Shown here: piece after piece, positions 9,488 through 19,598 of the stretch
How positions within the stretch are numbered: the first letter of the stretch is position 1
Layout of the letters: the number at the start of each line of letters is the position of its first letter
Source: Candidatus Poribacteria bacterium
Lineage (GTDB): Bacteria; Poribacteria; WGA-4E; WGA-3G
Assembly (NCBI GenBank): GCA_965214095.1
Contig: OZ243938.1
Span: 1,792,001 to 1,856,000, forward strand
DNA length: 64,000 nucleotides
Direction of reading: 5' to 3'
Program-made: the position numbers and the translations under genes
The notes under the pieces: generated by a model
Databases searched by the model: none
Told to the model about the DNA's origin: nothing
The model's input: the letters and a program-made list of their open reading frames with translations, nothing else

Positions 9488-10429
9488 TTGCATAATCACC
9501 AACATCATCACAATCCAGACGAACCACATGTTCACCACCATCAACACACGCTTCAGAAGAAATTTAGACTTGCCCTGTTGGTCACCTTTTTTGTATTCGT
9601 TGTAGAGTTGATTGGTGGCATTTGGTCGGGGAGTCTTGCGTTGTTAAGTGATGCTGCACATGTGATGTCGGATGTGCTATCCCTTCTGATCAGCTGGTTT
9701 GCAATATATCTCTCAACGCGCCCTGCCACCTCATCTCGCACCTTCGGTTATCATCGTGCTGAAGTATTTGCTGCATTCATCAATGGTGTATCTTTAATTG
9801 GCATATCTGGTTGGATATTCTATGAAGCATACCGAAGATACATGTCTCCAGAGGAGATTCGAGTAACCGGCATGTTTGTTGTTGCAAGTTTTGGATTAGT
9901 AGCGAACCTGTTTATCTTGTGGAAACTGCATGGCCATAGCCATGGCAATCTAAATGTGCGAAGTGCAGTGCTTCATGTAGTCGGAGATACGCTTTCATCG
10001 GTGGCTGTTGTTATTGGTGGTCTGATTATATATTGGACAAAATGGTATCCTATTGATGCTATCCTCAGTTTCCTAATCGGCGGGATAATACTCTTCGGTG
10101 CATTTAATGTAACCAGAGAAGCAGTTCATATTCTGTTGGAGAACACTCCACGAAATACGGATGCACATACCGTAGCAAAACATATATGTGATTTAGCATC
10201 TGTGAAGGATGTTCATGATATGCATATTTGGTCTCTGTGTTCAAACTACAATGCATTGAGTGCTCATATAGTGCTTGATGAAAACACTACGCTTGCTCAG
10301 GACCAAATTCTTGAACAGATTAACACAGTATTACAAAATCAGTTTAATATCAACCACACAACGCTCCAACTTGAGCAGATTGCGTGTACACAGGCAGGTA
10401 ACTTACTGTGCAATGCACAACATTCGTAG
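9488..10429 (+). CDS. Cation diffusion facilitator (CzcD/ZitB-like)
   Basis: His-rich N-terminus, SLALLSDAAH, TFGYHRAE, LNVRSAVLHV.GD, VHDMHIW. Confidence 0.9.
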   Translation: MHNHQHHHNPDEPHVHHHQHTLQKKFRLALLVTFFVFVVELIGGIWSGSLALLSDAAHVMSDVLSLLISWFAIYLSTRPATSSRTFGYHRAEVFAAFINGVSLIGISGWIFYEAYRRYMSPEEIRVTGMFVVASFGLVANLFILWKLHGHSHGNLNVRSAVLHVVGDTLSSVAVVIGGLIIYWTKWYPIDAILSFLIGGIILFGAFNVTREAVHILLENTPRNTDAHTVAKHICDLASVKDVHDMHIWSLCSNYNALSAHIVLDENTTLAQDQILEQINTVLQNQFNINHTTLQLEQIACTQAGNLLCNAQHS

Positions 10430-10436
10430 CATCGCG

Positions 10437-11015
10437 CTAAATATGTTCTTCCTTTAGACGATGTGCTTTCCTATTTAGCGTAGGATCTTTAGAAAACTTT
10501 AATGTTGCTTGTACCAGTCCTTCTACATGCGATACCATATCTTTCTCTACTTGTACTATGCGACTCATAAGGTATGGTTGATCACTTGCCTGTATCGCCT
10601 GTCTCATGATTGAGAGTAGATATAGATAAATCGTGTCTGACTCACTTCCCTCAATTTCGATTGCTATTTCAAACGCTTCATCTAAAGATATTCTTCCACT
10701 TTCAACTTGAGATTCGTGTGCATCCAAGGCATCTGTGATATCTTGTATGGAAATAGGTGGAAATGGCACTATAGGTGATGTTGTTTCATCTGTATCTGCT
10801 TCTGAAATGGTTGTGTCTTTCCCAAAAGTTTCAATACAGATTGCGCGTCCAAAGTCTACAAGTATGTAGTGTTGCCATTCTTCGGTGCTCATCCTTTCCC
10901 AAAAGCGTGCGATACGTTCATCATAGTCACCCAAATGCAGCGCGAAGGAGGCGTATAGTTTTGCTTGTCGCAGTTCAAGGTCTTGGCAAATATCAAAAAG
11001 TTCTTCTAATGTCAA
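10437..11015 (-). CDS. Ferritin/rubrerythrin-like protein
   Basis: LE..QAKLY, FW..M..EEWQH, A.EIEGSE, and a second helix pair. Start re-assigned to TTG 11015 behind an AAGGAG RBS. Confidence 0.6.
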   Translation of the reverse strand: MTLEELFDICQDLELRQAKLYASFALHLGDYDERIARFWERMSTEEWQHYILVDFGRAICIETFGKDTTISEADTDETTSPIVPFPPISIQDITDALDAHESQVESGRISLDEAFEIAIEIEGSESDTIYLYLLSIMRQAIQASDQPYLMSRIVQVEKDMVSHVEGLVQATLKFSKDPTLNRKAHRLKEEHI

Positions 11016-11061
11016 TTTTTCTCCTTGTGTTCGTGTAATAAGGGAATCTGGTGTCTGTTCA

Positions 11062-12192
11062 CTAATTCCACTCAATATCATCAAGAGTTGTCGCGGTTGC
11101 CACCTGTTCTAAAAGAGCATCAAGACGGGTGCGGCTTCGCATCCTTGAGATTTTATTGACAACCGTATCGGGAACTTCACCGATGCGTAGGTCAAGTAGT
11201 TTCAAGAGAAACTCCCGTTTGGCTTGTATCTTTCCACGTTCCTCACCGCGTTTCTCACCGCGTTTCTCACCGCGTTTCTCACTTCGTTGTATCAGAGCTT
11301 CTGCACCTGTCATAATGAAATTTTCTACCTCCTTATCATGAGTTTGAGATTGTATAAGTTGTCTCAATTGTGTTTGTTCTGCTTCGGGTCGTCTAAAAAA
11401 TACCAAAAAATATAGATAAAGTATCTCGTGGTTGTGTAGTTCAGGATGTTCAGCTGCTAAGGTCTCCAAATGTGTAAGTGCTGCTGACAATGCCTCTTGC
11501 ATTGATGTTTCATCTGCGGTTTCTTGTTGCAGCACTGTCATTAACCATCCGAAAGGATGATCAACATCAGTAAATTTCTCTATATCTTCATCCTTCACAC
11601 CAAGAAATAAAGTCTCAAAAGTTGGGACAAAGGGTGTCATCATCGATGGAATATCCATTGATGCGGAAAGAGATATCGGTATCTTCCATCGTTGTTGACC
11701 GGTATAAAAGACAATTGGGAGGATGGGACGTAAACGCCACGCTCTTCTTGGAACTTTAGAATTCTTTTGTTCCTCCAGCTGCCCGTGCCATATCTGGCAC
11801 ATATAAGACAACAACCGAAATCCCATCAGGTGGTCAACGGTTGATTGATGTTCTATCAAAATATAAATGGTTAGGTCGTCACATAAAGTTGTGTCTCGAA
11901 ATGGCACAGTAAACACCATATCAGACACCAAATCTCGCAACGTATTATCAACAATACTCCTGTTTTCTATTCTTGCTTGAGTGAAGTCCAGATGTTCGGC
12001 AAGTTCACTGGCAAGGATTAGGACTAACCCATGTAAATTTTCCGATTTTTTGAATAACCACCTTGCACTTTTGTCTGCGAAATGTCCAATTTTTGGATTA
12101 AATAAAGTGCGTATTTCTTCTAAATCTGCTATTTTGTTATCCGTTTGCACTATGTCTCCTGGACCATTACTATCATTAGTATAGACTAACAT
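11062..12192 (-). CDS. Rpn-family recombination-promoting nuclease/putative transposase (PD-(D/E)XK)
   Basis: SDMVF..P, YILIEHQS, RLLSYM..IW, PILPIVFYTG...W; C-terminal GEKR repeats and LL.LL..R.GEVP domain. Confidence 0.9.
   Translation of the reverse strand: MLVYTNDSNGPGDIVQTDNKIADLEEIRTLFNPKIGHFADKSARWLFKKSENLHGLVLILASELAEHLDFTQARIENRSIVDNTLRDLVSDMVFTVPFRDTTLCDDLTIYILIEHQSTVDHLMGFRLLSYMCQIWHGQLEEQKNSKVPRRAWRLRPILPIVFYTGQQRWKIPISLSASMDIPSMMTPFVPTFETLFLGVKDEDIEKFTDVDHPFGWLMTVLQQETADETSMQEALSAALTHLETLAAEHPELHNHEILYLYFLVFFRRPEAEQTQLRQLIQSQTHDKEVENFIMTGAEALIQRSEKRGEKRGEKRGEERGKIQAKREFLLKLLDLRIGEVPDTVVNKISRMRSRTRLDALLEQVATATTLDDIEWN
11242..11282 (-). repeat. 12-bp tandem repeat encoding GEKR
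   Basis: CTCACCGCGTTT x3 plus a partial copy. Confidence 0.9.
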
Positions 12193-12230
12193 TAATCTGA
12201 CAAAATGTCAATAACGTAAGATTTTTAATC

Positions 12231-12349
12231 TATAGTGGAATTTACAATTAATAGGACACGCCTCAGAGGGCGAGGAAACCTCGCCCCTACGGGACTTGTG
12301 GTGCTTGCAAGTGCATTGAAATGGCTTCTTAATTCTAAACTTTACTATA
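12231..12349. mobile_element. 119-bp MITE-like element with REP core
   Basis: TIR TATAGTGGAATTTACAATTAA / TTAATTCTAAACTTTACTATA; core GGGCGAGGAAACCTCGCCCCTAC at 12268-12290. Confidence 0.75.
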
Positions 12350-12418
12350 AATGAATTTGATTGCAATTTTGTGTGACTGTCAGTGCGATTCAAGAAGCAT
12401 GACATTCTATCAGTCATA

Positions 12419-13456
12419 TTACATTTGTAGTGGTAATGAAATGGCATTGCCAGATGACATACTCCGCGTGACCGCTTCTGTGAACTCCATATACTTAACG
12501 CCAGTGTCAAAGTCGGTGTGAGTGATGGTTTCTTTGCCTCTGATTGCGTTTACAAATTCTTCTTCCACACGCCAGCCACCCTCTTCCCCTGAGGGTATAT
12601 CTATCTCATTTAACGCTTCATCACCTTTTTGTCCACCATAGAGTTTGTTTGCAGAAAATCGTAGCGTTCCAAGACTTCCGAAGATAAACACCTCTGGCAC
12701 TCCAGCTAACCCCGTTACAGCAGAGATTTGCATGTGGAGTTGCGCACCACAGGTGAGCTCACCGATAACATCAATATGTTCTGGTATTCGGACTGAACGT
12801 TTTATGCCATCATCATCTGGACGCATTTTGACGAAGGTATTACCCATTGCAGAAATACGTGTTGCTTCACCGACCCAACGCATTATCGCTTCATACCAAA
12901 TACCCATGCTCATGATGTTCAACCCACTAAAATCAAAATCCTGTCTCCATTGGAGCGGAGTCTCAGTATCCAGAAACGTGCCTCCTGCACGCACTTCAAT
13001 TGCGAGTACATCTCCGATATATCCCTCTGCGATCAATCGTTTTATGGTATTGTCCACTCGAAGTGTCATTGGAGAAGGGACGATTTGTGCAGTTAACTTC
13101 GATTTCCGACGTGCCATGAGACGCATTGCATGTGCCTCACGAGCATTCATTGCCATACGTGCTTCACACATCACATGTTTATTTACCATCAGCGCGGATA
13201 CAGTTGCTCGGCAGTGCATGTAGGGCCAAGTTCCTATGACGATGGCGTTTGTCTCATTATCGTCAATTGCATCTTGCCAATGGTCGTAGATTTTTGGGAT
13301 ACCAAACTCGTCTGCTACACGTTGTGATGATTCTCGACTGCGATTGCATACCCCGATTATCTCAACACCTTCTATTGCTTGTAGTCCGGGAATATGTCGT
13401 GATTTTGTGTTTCTTCCTGCTCCGATGATACCGACTCTGACTTTTTCTGATGCCAC
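12419..13456 (-). CDS. Gfo/Idh/MocA-family oxidoreductase
   Basis: VGIIGAG, IGTWPYMH, KHVMCEAR; probable GTG start at 13456. Confidence 0.9.
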   Translation of the reverse strand: MASEKVRVGIIGAGRNTKSRHIPGLQAIEGVEIIGVCNRSRESSQRVADEFGIPKIYDHWQDAIDDNETNAIVIGTWPYMHCRATVSALMVNKHVMCEARMAMNAREAHAMRLMARRKSKLTAQIVPSPMTLRVDNTIKRLIAEGYIGDVLAIEVRAGGTFLDTETPLQWRQDFDFSGLNIMSMGIWYEAIMRWVGEATRISAMGNTFVKMRPDDDGIKRSVRIPEHIDVIGELTCGAQLHMQISAVTGLAGVPEVFIFGSLGTLRFSANKLYGGQKGDEALNEIDIPSGEEGGWRVEEEFVNAIRGKETITHTDFDTGVKYMEFTEAVTRSMSSGNAISLPLQM

Positions 13457-13618
13457 TCCGATGCTCCTTTGCATATCAAAATGTAATATGATGTTAGCAG
13501 ATAATTGGAGTGATGTCAAGTAGAAATCCGGTAGTATTAGATTGGCAAGATTCTGTATTTTCTGATTCTCGGATTTGGCGAATTCCGTTAAATCAGCGGT
13601 ATGAATGCATTCTGATAT

Positions 13619-16372
13619 TCACTGGATTTCACGGATTTTATGAAGGATTTGTCGGGCATGTAGACGGGTAGCACTATCATTTGCATGCAGATCATTCTCA
13701 ATCAGGTGAACGCCAGATTTGTCCCCAAGAGATGCAAGATCGTAGGCAGCAGCACGTTGGATGTTAGGATTGTTATGTGCTAACAGTGCTTCCAAACCAT
13801 CAACCGTTTCAGCTTTCTTCTGGATTTCCGTGATGTTGATATTGGTGTCATAGTATTCGGCATAAAACCATGGATTTCTTAAACTTACATGTTCAATATC
13901 ACTTGAGTACCAAATTGGTTTGCTAACATTATATTTCATGTGGATTTCTCCAAATGATAATTCATCCCTTAAACTCATTGGGAGTCTAATCTCTTTCGCG
14001 TTCGGTTGGCTTAGTTGAGAGAGTAAAATGGCCGCGGACCTACGTGTTTCTTTATCAAAACTATGTAATTTTCGGTTAGTAAGAGATTTAATCCATTGCA
14101 GACACGAGTCATCACCAAGTTGACTAAGAATATAGGCGATTTCCGCAGAAACACTCATATTTCTTGAGTGTAAAAAGATTTCTATTAGCGGCTTAATGTC
14201 CTTATCATCACCTGTTGTGCGTATTTTATATATTACATCTGAAATGATTTCGTTGTATCTATTTTGTCTGCCTAATATTTGAATCCAAAGTTGAGTCATA
14301 TCGGTGTCTGCATAATTCAATAAGGCTTTATGGACAGAAACCTTTAAACTACTACGAGATGAAGAACTGACATTTACGAGTGAGGAACTCAGCAGTTTCA
14401 GTGGTTCAATTGCTTCAGGTTTGCGTAACTCACCGAGCTGAAAGCATACATGTTCTAACTGTTTTATGTCGTAATTGTTGATATGATTTGGATCTAACAT
14501 TTTGAGCATAGAATTAAATTGCAGTGGCGTAGGTTCTTTTATTTCAAAAGAGGCTTTAGGAGAAATAAGAGGTTTTTCCCATGCCATTAAGTTAGATTTC
14601 ATCTGACTGCTGAGTGGCGGATTTTTCTCTTTATTTGTCCTTTTAGGTGCTGGATTGGGTTTCCAAGGAGAGAAGAACATTTTCAACTGGACATTATACT
14701 GACCTGATTGGAAGAGGCGGTAATTTTTGGACACAGGAATGATGTTTGTTATTACCGCATTAGGTTGTATTATATCGAAATGTTTGGGGTTTACTGGTAA
14801 CAGAATGACTTCATCGTCTCCATCCTTGACTACTGTAAGATTATATTCATTTGTATCTATAGAACGATACCTACTTCTTTGACCGTAGACTTCTGCCATA
14901 GTTCCATCGGGTTGTTGAATCTCTAACTTCACATAACCTGATGAAACATCTCTCTTGAAACCGATTTTAATTGGATAATCACTTGTGTTCCTGATAGTAT
15001 ATTTCAGAGCAATAGGATGTCTATAATTATACTTCGTTGAAACCATCTCTATTTTCAATTCTAAGGGTTTATTCCCAGATAATTCGTCAATTGTCAATAA
15101 TGCTGCATTGCGTGTATTCCCTCTACTATCGTTGGCAAGTTGTTTTAACTTAGGAATCATCTCTGTAAGTTTCATCTTTCGGATAATGTTGATTGCACTG
15201 ATTCGCACGTCAGGGTTATTATCTTCAAGTAATTGCGGGATATATTTGTGTATTTCAGCATTCCAAAAGGTGCCAAACTTTGTGAGTGTTTCGACTGCCT
15301 GCAACCGCAGTTGAGAGGAGGGGTTCAGTGCAATTGTTCCCACTGCATCAATTGCCTCTGGTCTGTTAAAAGTTGTCAATGCTGTTAATACTGATTTTGA
15401 TGGGTTTTGTTCTGCAACTTTCACTAATGCAACAAAACCTTCTTGTCCCATATTTTTTAGAGCATATATCATTGCAGATTTTAGTGCTTCATTTTCAGTT
15501 TCAATACATTCCTTTTCAAAAGTTGGGATAATTTCTTTGTCTTCAACTCTACGTAATACCCTATAGATTTTTTGTTTTACCTCACTGACTTCAGTTGCTT
15601 TTGCTGTCTCCAACATCTTTTGCACACTTGACTGACCAAATTGAGCCATGCGGTTTAGTACAGACGGGGGAATGCTGCTTGCAACACGTCTGCCAAGGTC
15701 TGACTCGGAATCCATTGCTTCCAATAGAATTGAAACGGTTCTTGGATCATCAATTTGTGCTGTTTTTTGTAGCGTTTCTTTTAATATGTCGATTTCATTG
15801 ATGTTTGGATATTTAAGTATTTTAAGGAGTTCTGGTATTGCTCGTTTGTCTTGAAAATCAGCTAAAACGAATACCGCTTCTCTTCGTTTTTCTGGTGTTG
15901 TTCTGGGATTATTTATTTGCTTAACAAGATATGGAATACCCCGTTCATCTTTCAATTTCAATAGGGCATCAACTGCAATTCTTTGGGTTGCTGGCTCAGC
16001 ATCAAGGTGTTTAGCCATAAATTTCTTTGTAAATTCGGCATCTATGCCAGCCATAATATGTGCAGACTTACCTCGCATCCAATCGATTTCATGATGTATG
16101 AAGAGAACGGTAAGTGCAGACATTACACCAGGTTCTGGATAATAATGTTGAATAGAACGAATAGCATTTCCTCGGGTTCGCTGATCATCATTTGTCAAGT
16201 TTTTAATCAGAAAGGGAATTGCCTCATCACCCATAAGGAAAAGTTCATATCCCAATCGGTTTGTGTCATCCCATCTGGTTTCCAGCATGTTTAGTATTCT
16301 GTTTTCATCAGCATGTGTTGCGGGACACAATATTACCAATAACAGAAAGATTATGCACATTAAGTATTTCAT
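13619..16372 (-). CDS. Secreted HEAT-repeat protein with a central beta-rich domain
   Basis: Signal peptide; repeated AIPxLxxxL...RxxAxxAL motifs; central LELKIE..Y....PIALKYTIRN segment. Confidence 0.8.
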   Translation of the reverse strand: MKYLMCIIFLLLVILCPATHADENRILNMLETRWDDTNRLGYELFLMGDEAIPFLIKNLTNDDQRTRGNAIRSIQHYYPEPGVMSALTVLFIHHEIDWMRGKSAHIMAGIDAEFTKKFMAKHLDAEPATQRIAVDALLKLKDERGIPYLVKQINNPRTTPEKRREAVFVLADFQDKRAIPELLKILKYPNINEIDILKETLQKTAQIDDPRTVSILLEAMDSESDLGRRVASSIPPSVLNRMAQFGQSSVQKMLETAKATEVSEVKQKIYRVLRRVEDKEIIPTFEKECIETENEALKSAMIYALKNMGQEGFVALVKVAEQNPSKSVLTALTTFNRPEAIDAVGTIALNPSSQLRLQAVETLTKFGTFWNAEIHKYIPQLLEDNNPDVRISAINIIRKMKLTEMIPKLKQLANDSRGNTRNAALLTIDELSGNKPLELKIEMVSTKYNYRHPIALKYTIRNTSDYPIKIGFKRDVSSGYVKLEIQQPDGTMAEVYGQRSRYRSIDTNEYNLTVVKDGDDEVILLPVNPKHFDIIQPNAVITNIIPVSKNYRLFQSGQYNVQLKMFFSPWKPNPAPKRTNKEKNPPLSSQMKSNLMAWEKPLISPKASFEIKEPTPLQFNSMLKMLDPNHINNYDIKQLEHVCFQLGELRKPEAIEPLKLLSSSLVNVSSSSRSSLKVSVHKALLNYADTDMTQLWIQILGRQNRYNEIISDVIYKIRTTGDDKDIKPLIEIFLHSRNMSVSAEIAYILSQLGDDSCLQWIKSLTNRKLHSFDKETRRSAAILLSQLSQPNAKEIRLPMSLRDELSFGEIHMKYNVSKPIWYSSDIEHVSLRNPWFYAEYYDTNINITEIQKKAETVDGLEALLAHNNPNIQRAAAYDLASLGDKSGVHLIENDLHANDSATRLHARQILHKIREIQ

Positions 16373-16498
16373 AGTTAACTCCAGAAGTGGTTATATTCTC
16401 AATTGTATCAGAAATAGACTGCGTGTATCAATAGGTTTTTGAATTCAAAGTGTGTAAATTATTGTGTTTTTTTATTCCATGCATTATACTGTGTTATT

Positions 16499-17143
16499 AT
16501 GAAATCAGAAACAAAAAGGGATCGTGGTATTATCGTCGGCATAACCGGTGGTATTGCGTGCGGCAAAACAACGGTATCAGAATTGCTTGCTGGCAAAGGG
16601 GCAATACCGATTAACGCTGACGAGATTGGTCATCAACTCCTCAAATCTGACAGTCCGGTTATTGATGAACTGGTTGACACATTTGGCACTGAGATACTGG
16701 ATCAATCAGGAGATGTGAGTAGAAAGAAATTGGGAGAAATCGTTTTTAACGATAAGTCCGCGCGTGAACGACTCAACGTCCTGCTACATCCACTGATAAT
16801 TCAACGTTCCCGATCCCGTGCTCAGCAGCTTGTGAATGAGGATCCATCCTGTGTAGTGTTACTTGATGCCCCACTGCTCATAGAGGCAGGTGCTTATGAT
16901 TCTGTTGATCTGATTGTCGTTGTAACCGCTTCTAACGAAACACAATTGCAACGGATATTAGAACGTAGTCAACAACAGAACCGTCCACTTACTAAAGCCG
17001 ATGCTCAAGCCCGTATTGACTCACAAATGCCTTTATCTGAAAAGGTGAAGTATGCTGATGTCGTCATTGAAAATGAAGGATCTATTGAAGGACTACAGAA
17101 GCAGGTAGAGTCATTATGGGATAAACTTCATAAAGACTTATGA
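16499..17143 (+). CDS. coaE: Dephospho-CoA kinase
   Basis: GITGGIACGKTT, NADEIGH, R..LG.IVF, LHP, DAPLL.E, RI.SQMP. Confidence 0.95.
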   Translation: MKSETKRDRGIIVGITGGIACGKTTVSELLAGKGAIPINADEIGHQLLKSDSPVIDELVDTFGTEILDQSGDVSRKKLGEIVFNDKSARERLNVLLHPLIIQRSRSRAQQLVNEDPSCVVLLDAPLLIEAGAYDSVDLIVVVTASNETQLQRILERSQQQNRPLTKADAQARIDSQMPLSEKVKYADVVIENEGSIEGLQKQVESLWDKLHKDL

Positions 17144-18223
17144 GGCGTTCCAAAGCACATTTATGGCATTTGCCTTGATAACACAGTAGACTTCCTTACC
17201 ATTACTCAGTTGGAGTTGGTCCCTTGCTTCATACGTAATTTTAACGGAGAGTCTATACCCCTCAACAAGAATCGTTACAATTATTTGGTCATCAACGCGA
17301 TCAATTGTCCCCCGTAGAATGTTTCTCGCACTAATTGGTAAATTGGGTTCAAGAGAAATGATAATGTCCTCTGCGCGGATTGCTATAGGCACAGGATTTC
17401 CTATCTCTGTATCTATGTAAGGAATTACGAGCATTTGATTCCCAATTTCTAATTCCGTTACGCCTCGCTGTTTATCTGAGTTTGCTACTGGGAGTGAGAA
17501 TATATTTTCCACACCTGTCATATTTGCTATAGGTAACGCTGATGGTGCTGTTAGTAACTGATGCGGTTCTCCATTAGCGATGATCTTTCCATCTGACAGG
17601 AGAAATGCCTCGTCAGCAAGTGCCATTGCTTCAGATATGGCATGCGTGACATAGATGATTGGAATTTCATACTCGTTTTTGATGTGATGTAGATATGGAA
17701 TAATCCTGTTTTTCAGTCCACCATCCAAGGATGCAAGCGGTTCATCCATCAGAAGGAGGTGCGGTTCCATTGCCAGTGCACGTGCAATCGCAATTCGTTG
17801 ACGTTGTCCACCCGACAGTTGCTTCGGATATCGTTGAAGTAAATCGGCAATTTCAAGTGTATTAAGAATTTGAGAAAGACTATCTGGTTTTTTACGCTTC
17901 GTCTTAGATTGACCATAACGGATATTCTTTTCAACTGTAAGATGGGGAAATAGGTGTCCTTCTTGAAATATATATCCAATTCGGCGTTTATCGGGTGGCA
18001 CACTGATTTTCAAATCGGTGTCATATAGTTTATTGTTACCAAAAACAATCTGCCCTTTATCAGGTGAGAGTGTTCCACTGATACAGCTGAGCAGTGTTGT
18101 TTTTCCACTGCCAGATGCCCCTAAAAAGGCAGTTACCTTTTGATGCAGTTCACAATCAACATCTAATGTGAATTCTCCGAGACTTTTCTTTATGTTGAGT
18201 AGAAAATTATACTTTCCAGACAT
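17138..18223 (-). CDS. modC: Molybdate ABC transporter ATP-binding protein
   Basis: GASGSGKTT, GYIFQEGHLFPHL, LSGGQRQR, TOBE region ISARNIL.G...CVIKA. Confidence 0.9.
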   Translation of the reverse strand: MSGKYNFLLNIKKSLGEFTLDVDCELHQKVTAFLGASGSGKTTLLSCISGTLSPDKGQIVFGNNKLYDTDLKISVPPDKRRIGYIFQEGHLFPHLTVEKNIRYGQSKTKRKKPDSLSQILNTLEIADLLQRYPKQLSGGQRQRIAIARALAMEPHLLLMDEPLASLDGGLKNRIIPYLHHIKNEYEIPIIYVTHAISEAMALADEAFLLSDGKIIANGEPHQLLTAPSALPIANMTGVENIFSLPVANSDKQRGVTELEIGNQMLVIPYIDTEIGNPVPIAIRAEDIIISLEPNLPISARNILRGTIDRVDDQIIVTILVEGYRLSVKITYEARDQLQLSNGKEVYCVIKANAINVLWNAS

Positions 18224-18236
18224 ATTCGCCAAACAT

Positions 18237-18339
18237 TATAGTTGATTTTGAAATTACTTGAACACTCTGCATCGGCGAGGTTAGGAAACCTCGCCTACCA
18301 TGGGAAGAAAGTGTCAACTTATATTTATAATTCACTATA
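18237..18339. mobile_element. 103-bp MITE-like element with REP core (copy of 2355-2457)
   Basis: Near identity to 2355-2457 with only a few substitutions. Confidence 0.8.
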
Positions 18340-18367
18340 TAGTTGAAAAAGGTAGGTTTCCAACAAT

Positions 18368-18670
18368 CTATTCAAAGCCGCCGCCATCGAATCCTCCACC
18401 ACCGTCAAAACCACCAGCATCACCGCCGCCATCAAATCCTCCATCACTACCACCAGAATCTGCATCCCCAGAAGTATCATTATCTAACATACTGCCAAGA
18501 ATTAGACCTGTGAAAAGGGCATCTTCCGTATCACTATTGGGGTCAACGGTATCAGCACCATCATTTTGCCTTCTCTTTCTATTCTGAGAGCCTTTATTTA
18601 TTGATTTAACTATAGCAACTAAAATCACGATAAATGCTATTGAGACTAAGAAAAACACAAGAGTTCCCAT
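18368..18670 (-). CDS. Small membrane protein with Gly/Asp/Phe-rich tail
   Basis: N-terminal TM; GGFDGGG repeats; AAGGAG RBS. Confidence 0.7.
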   Translation of the reverse strand: MGTLVFFLVSIAFIVILVAIVKSINKGSQNRKRRQNDGADTVDPNSDTEDALFTGLILGSMLDNDTSGDADSGGSDGGFDGGGDAGGFDGGGGFDGGGFE

Positions 18671-18719
18671 TTTTTTCTCCTTTTAAATCTGTTGTTATCA
18701 TTAAGGACAGTAAAGTTTT

Positions 18720-18814
18720 TATAGTAAATTATTGAATTAATTCTACACATTGATCAGGCGAGGTTAGGAAACCTCGCCTACCGTTGATAGAAAGTGTAGA
18801 TATAATTTCACCAT
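18720..18814. repeat. REP-core MITE-like variant
   Basis: TATAGTAAATTA...; core GGCGAGGTTAGGAAACCTCGCCTAC at 18757-18781. Confidence 0.7.
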
Positions 18815-18912
18815 AATCGTCGAAACCTACCCTACAATGTGTGAAAGGTTTCCGATATTGAGAATTACCAAAAAATAAATTAATTTTCATCAAAGTACAC
18901 CGAACTGTTGTT

Positions 18913-19578
18913 CTACCGCGGGTTAATTCGTTCTGTCATCCATATAGCAACGAACGCCAGTATTGTTGAAATCAGTACTAATCGGTAAGCAGTGATATCA
19001 TCACCCAGCTGCACCGATTGAAAAATTGCCAGTGCAATGGTCTGCGTTTTCCCGGGGATATTCCCGACTACCATCATTGTTGCACCGAACTCCCCAAGAC
19101 TCTTCGAGAATCCAAGAATACCTCCACTTATAATTCCACGATACGCCATCGGTACAGTTATCGTCCAAAAGACTTTGATAGGTGAAGCACCGAGTGTTCG
19201 CGCAGCATCTTCAAGTTCAGATGGCACAGATGCAATTCCTGTCATTATACCTTGAACTAACAACGGGAATGATATTACTGACACAGCAATTACAACAGCG
19301 AATTGTGTAAAAACAATCTCTATATTGAAAAAGTTAGATAATATACTGCCAACAGGTCCATTTTTACCCAATAATATTAGGAGTAGATACCCACTGACTA
19401 CAGGTGGCAGAACCAGTGGTAACATCACTAATGTATTGAGAAATATCTTCCCTGGAAATTCTCGTTTTGCGAGCAGCCATCCTACGAACAGTCCCGGTGG
19501 AAACATTACAACGAGGCTAAGTAAGGCAACTTTTATAGATAGGACAAGAGCAGAAACTTCAGTCGGTGTAATCCTCAT
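18913..19578 (-). CDS. modB: Molybdate ABC transporter permease
   Basis: LPLVLPPVVSGY, AARTLGAS, SLGEFGAT, GNIPGKTQT. Confidence 0.95.
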   Translation of the reverse strand: MRITPTEVSALVLSIKVALLSLVVMFPPGLFVGWLLAKREFPGKIFLNTLVMLPLVLPPVVSGYLLLILLGKNGPVGSILSNFFNIEIVFTQFAVVIAVSVISFPLLVQGIMTGIASVPSELEDAARTLGASPIKVFWTITVPMAYRGIISGGILGFSKSLGEFGATMMVVGNIPGKTQTIALAIFQSVQLGDDITAYRLVLISTILAFVAIWMTERINPR

Positions 19579-19598
19579 TGTGGTGAATCAGTTCTACG

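Noticed and set aside
11016-11084. N-terminal extension of the ferritin-like ORF overlapping the Rpn gene
   Set aside because: A better start is TTG 11015 with an AAGGAG RBS, which removes the overlap
12645-13223. Long antisense ORFs (also 28754-29398, 48297-48815, 51869-52192, 62696-63106)
   Set aside because: Shadows of well-supported genes on the opposite strand; no recognisable motifs
13525-13615. GATT-periodic intergenic stretch resembling the 27525 element
   Set aside because: Too degenerate to define arms or boundaries by eye
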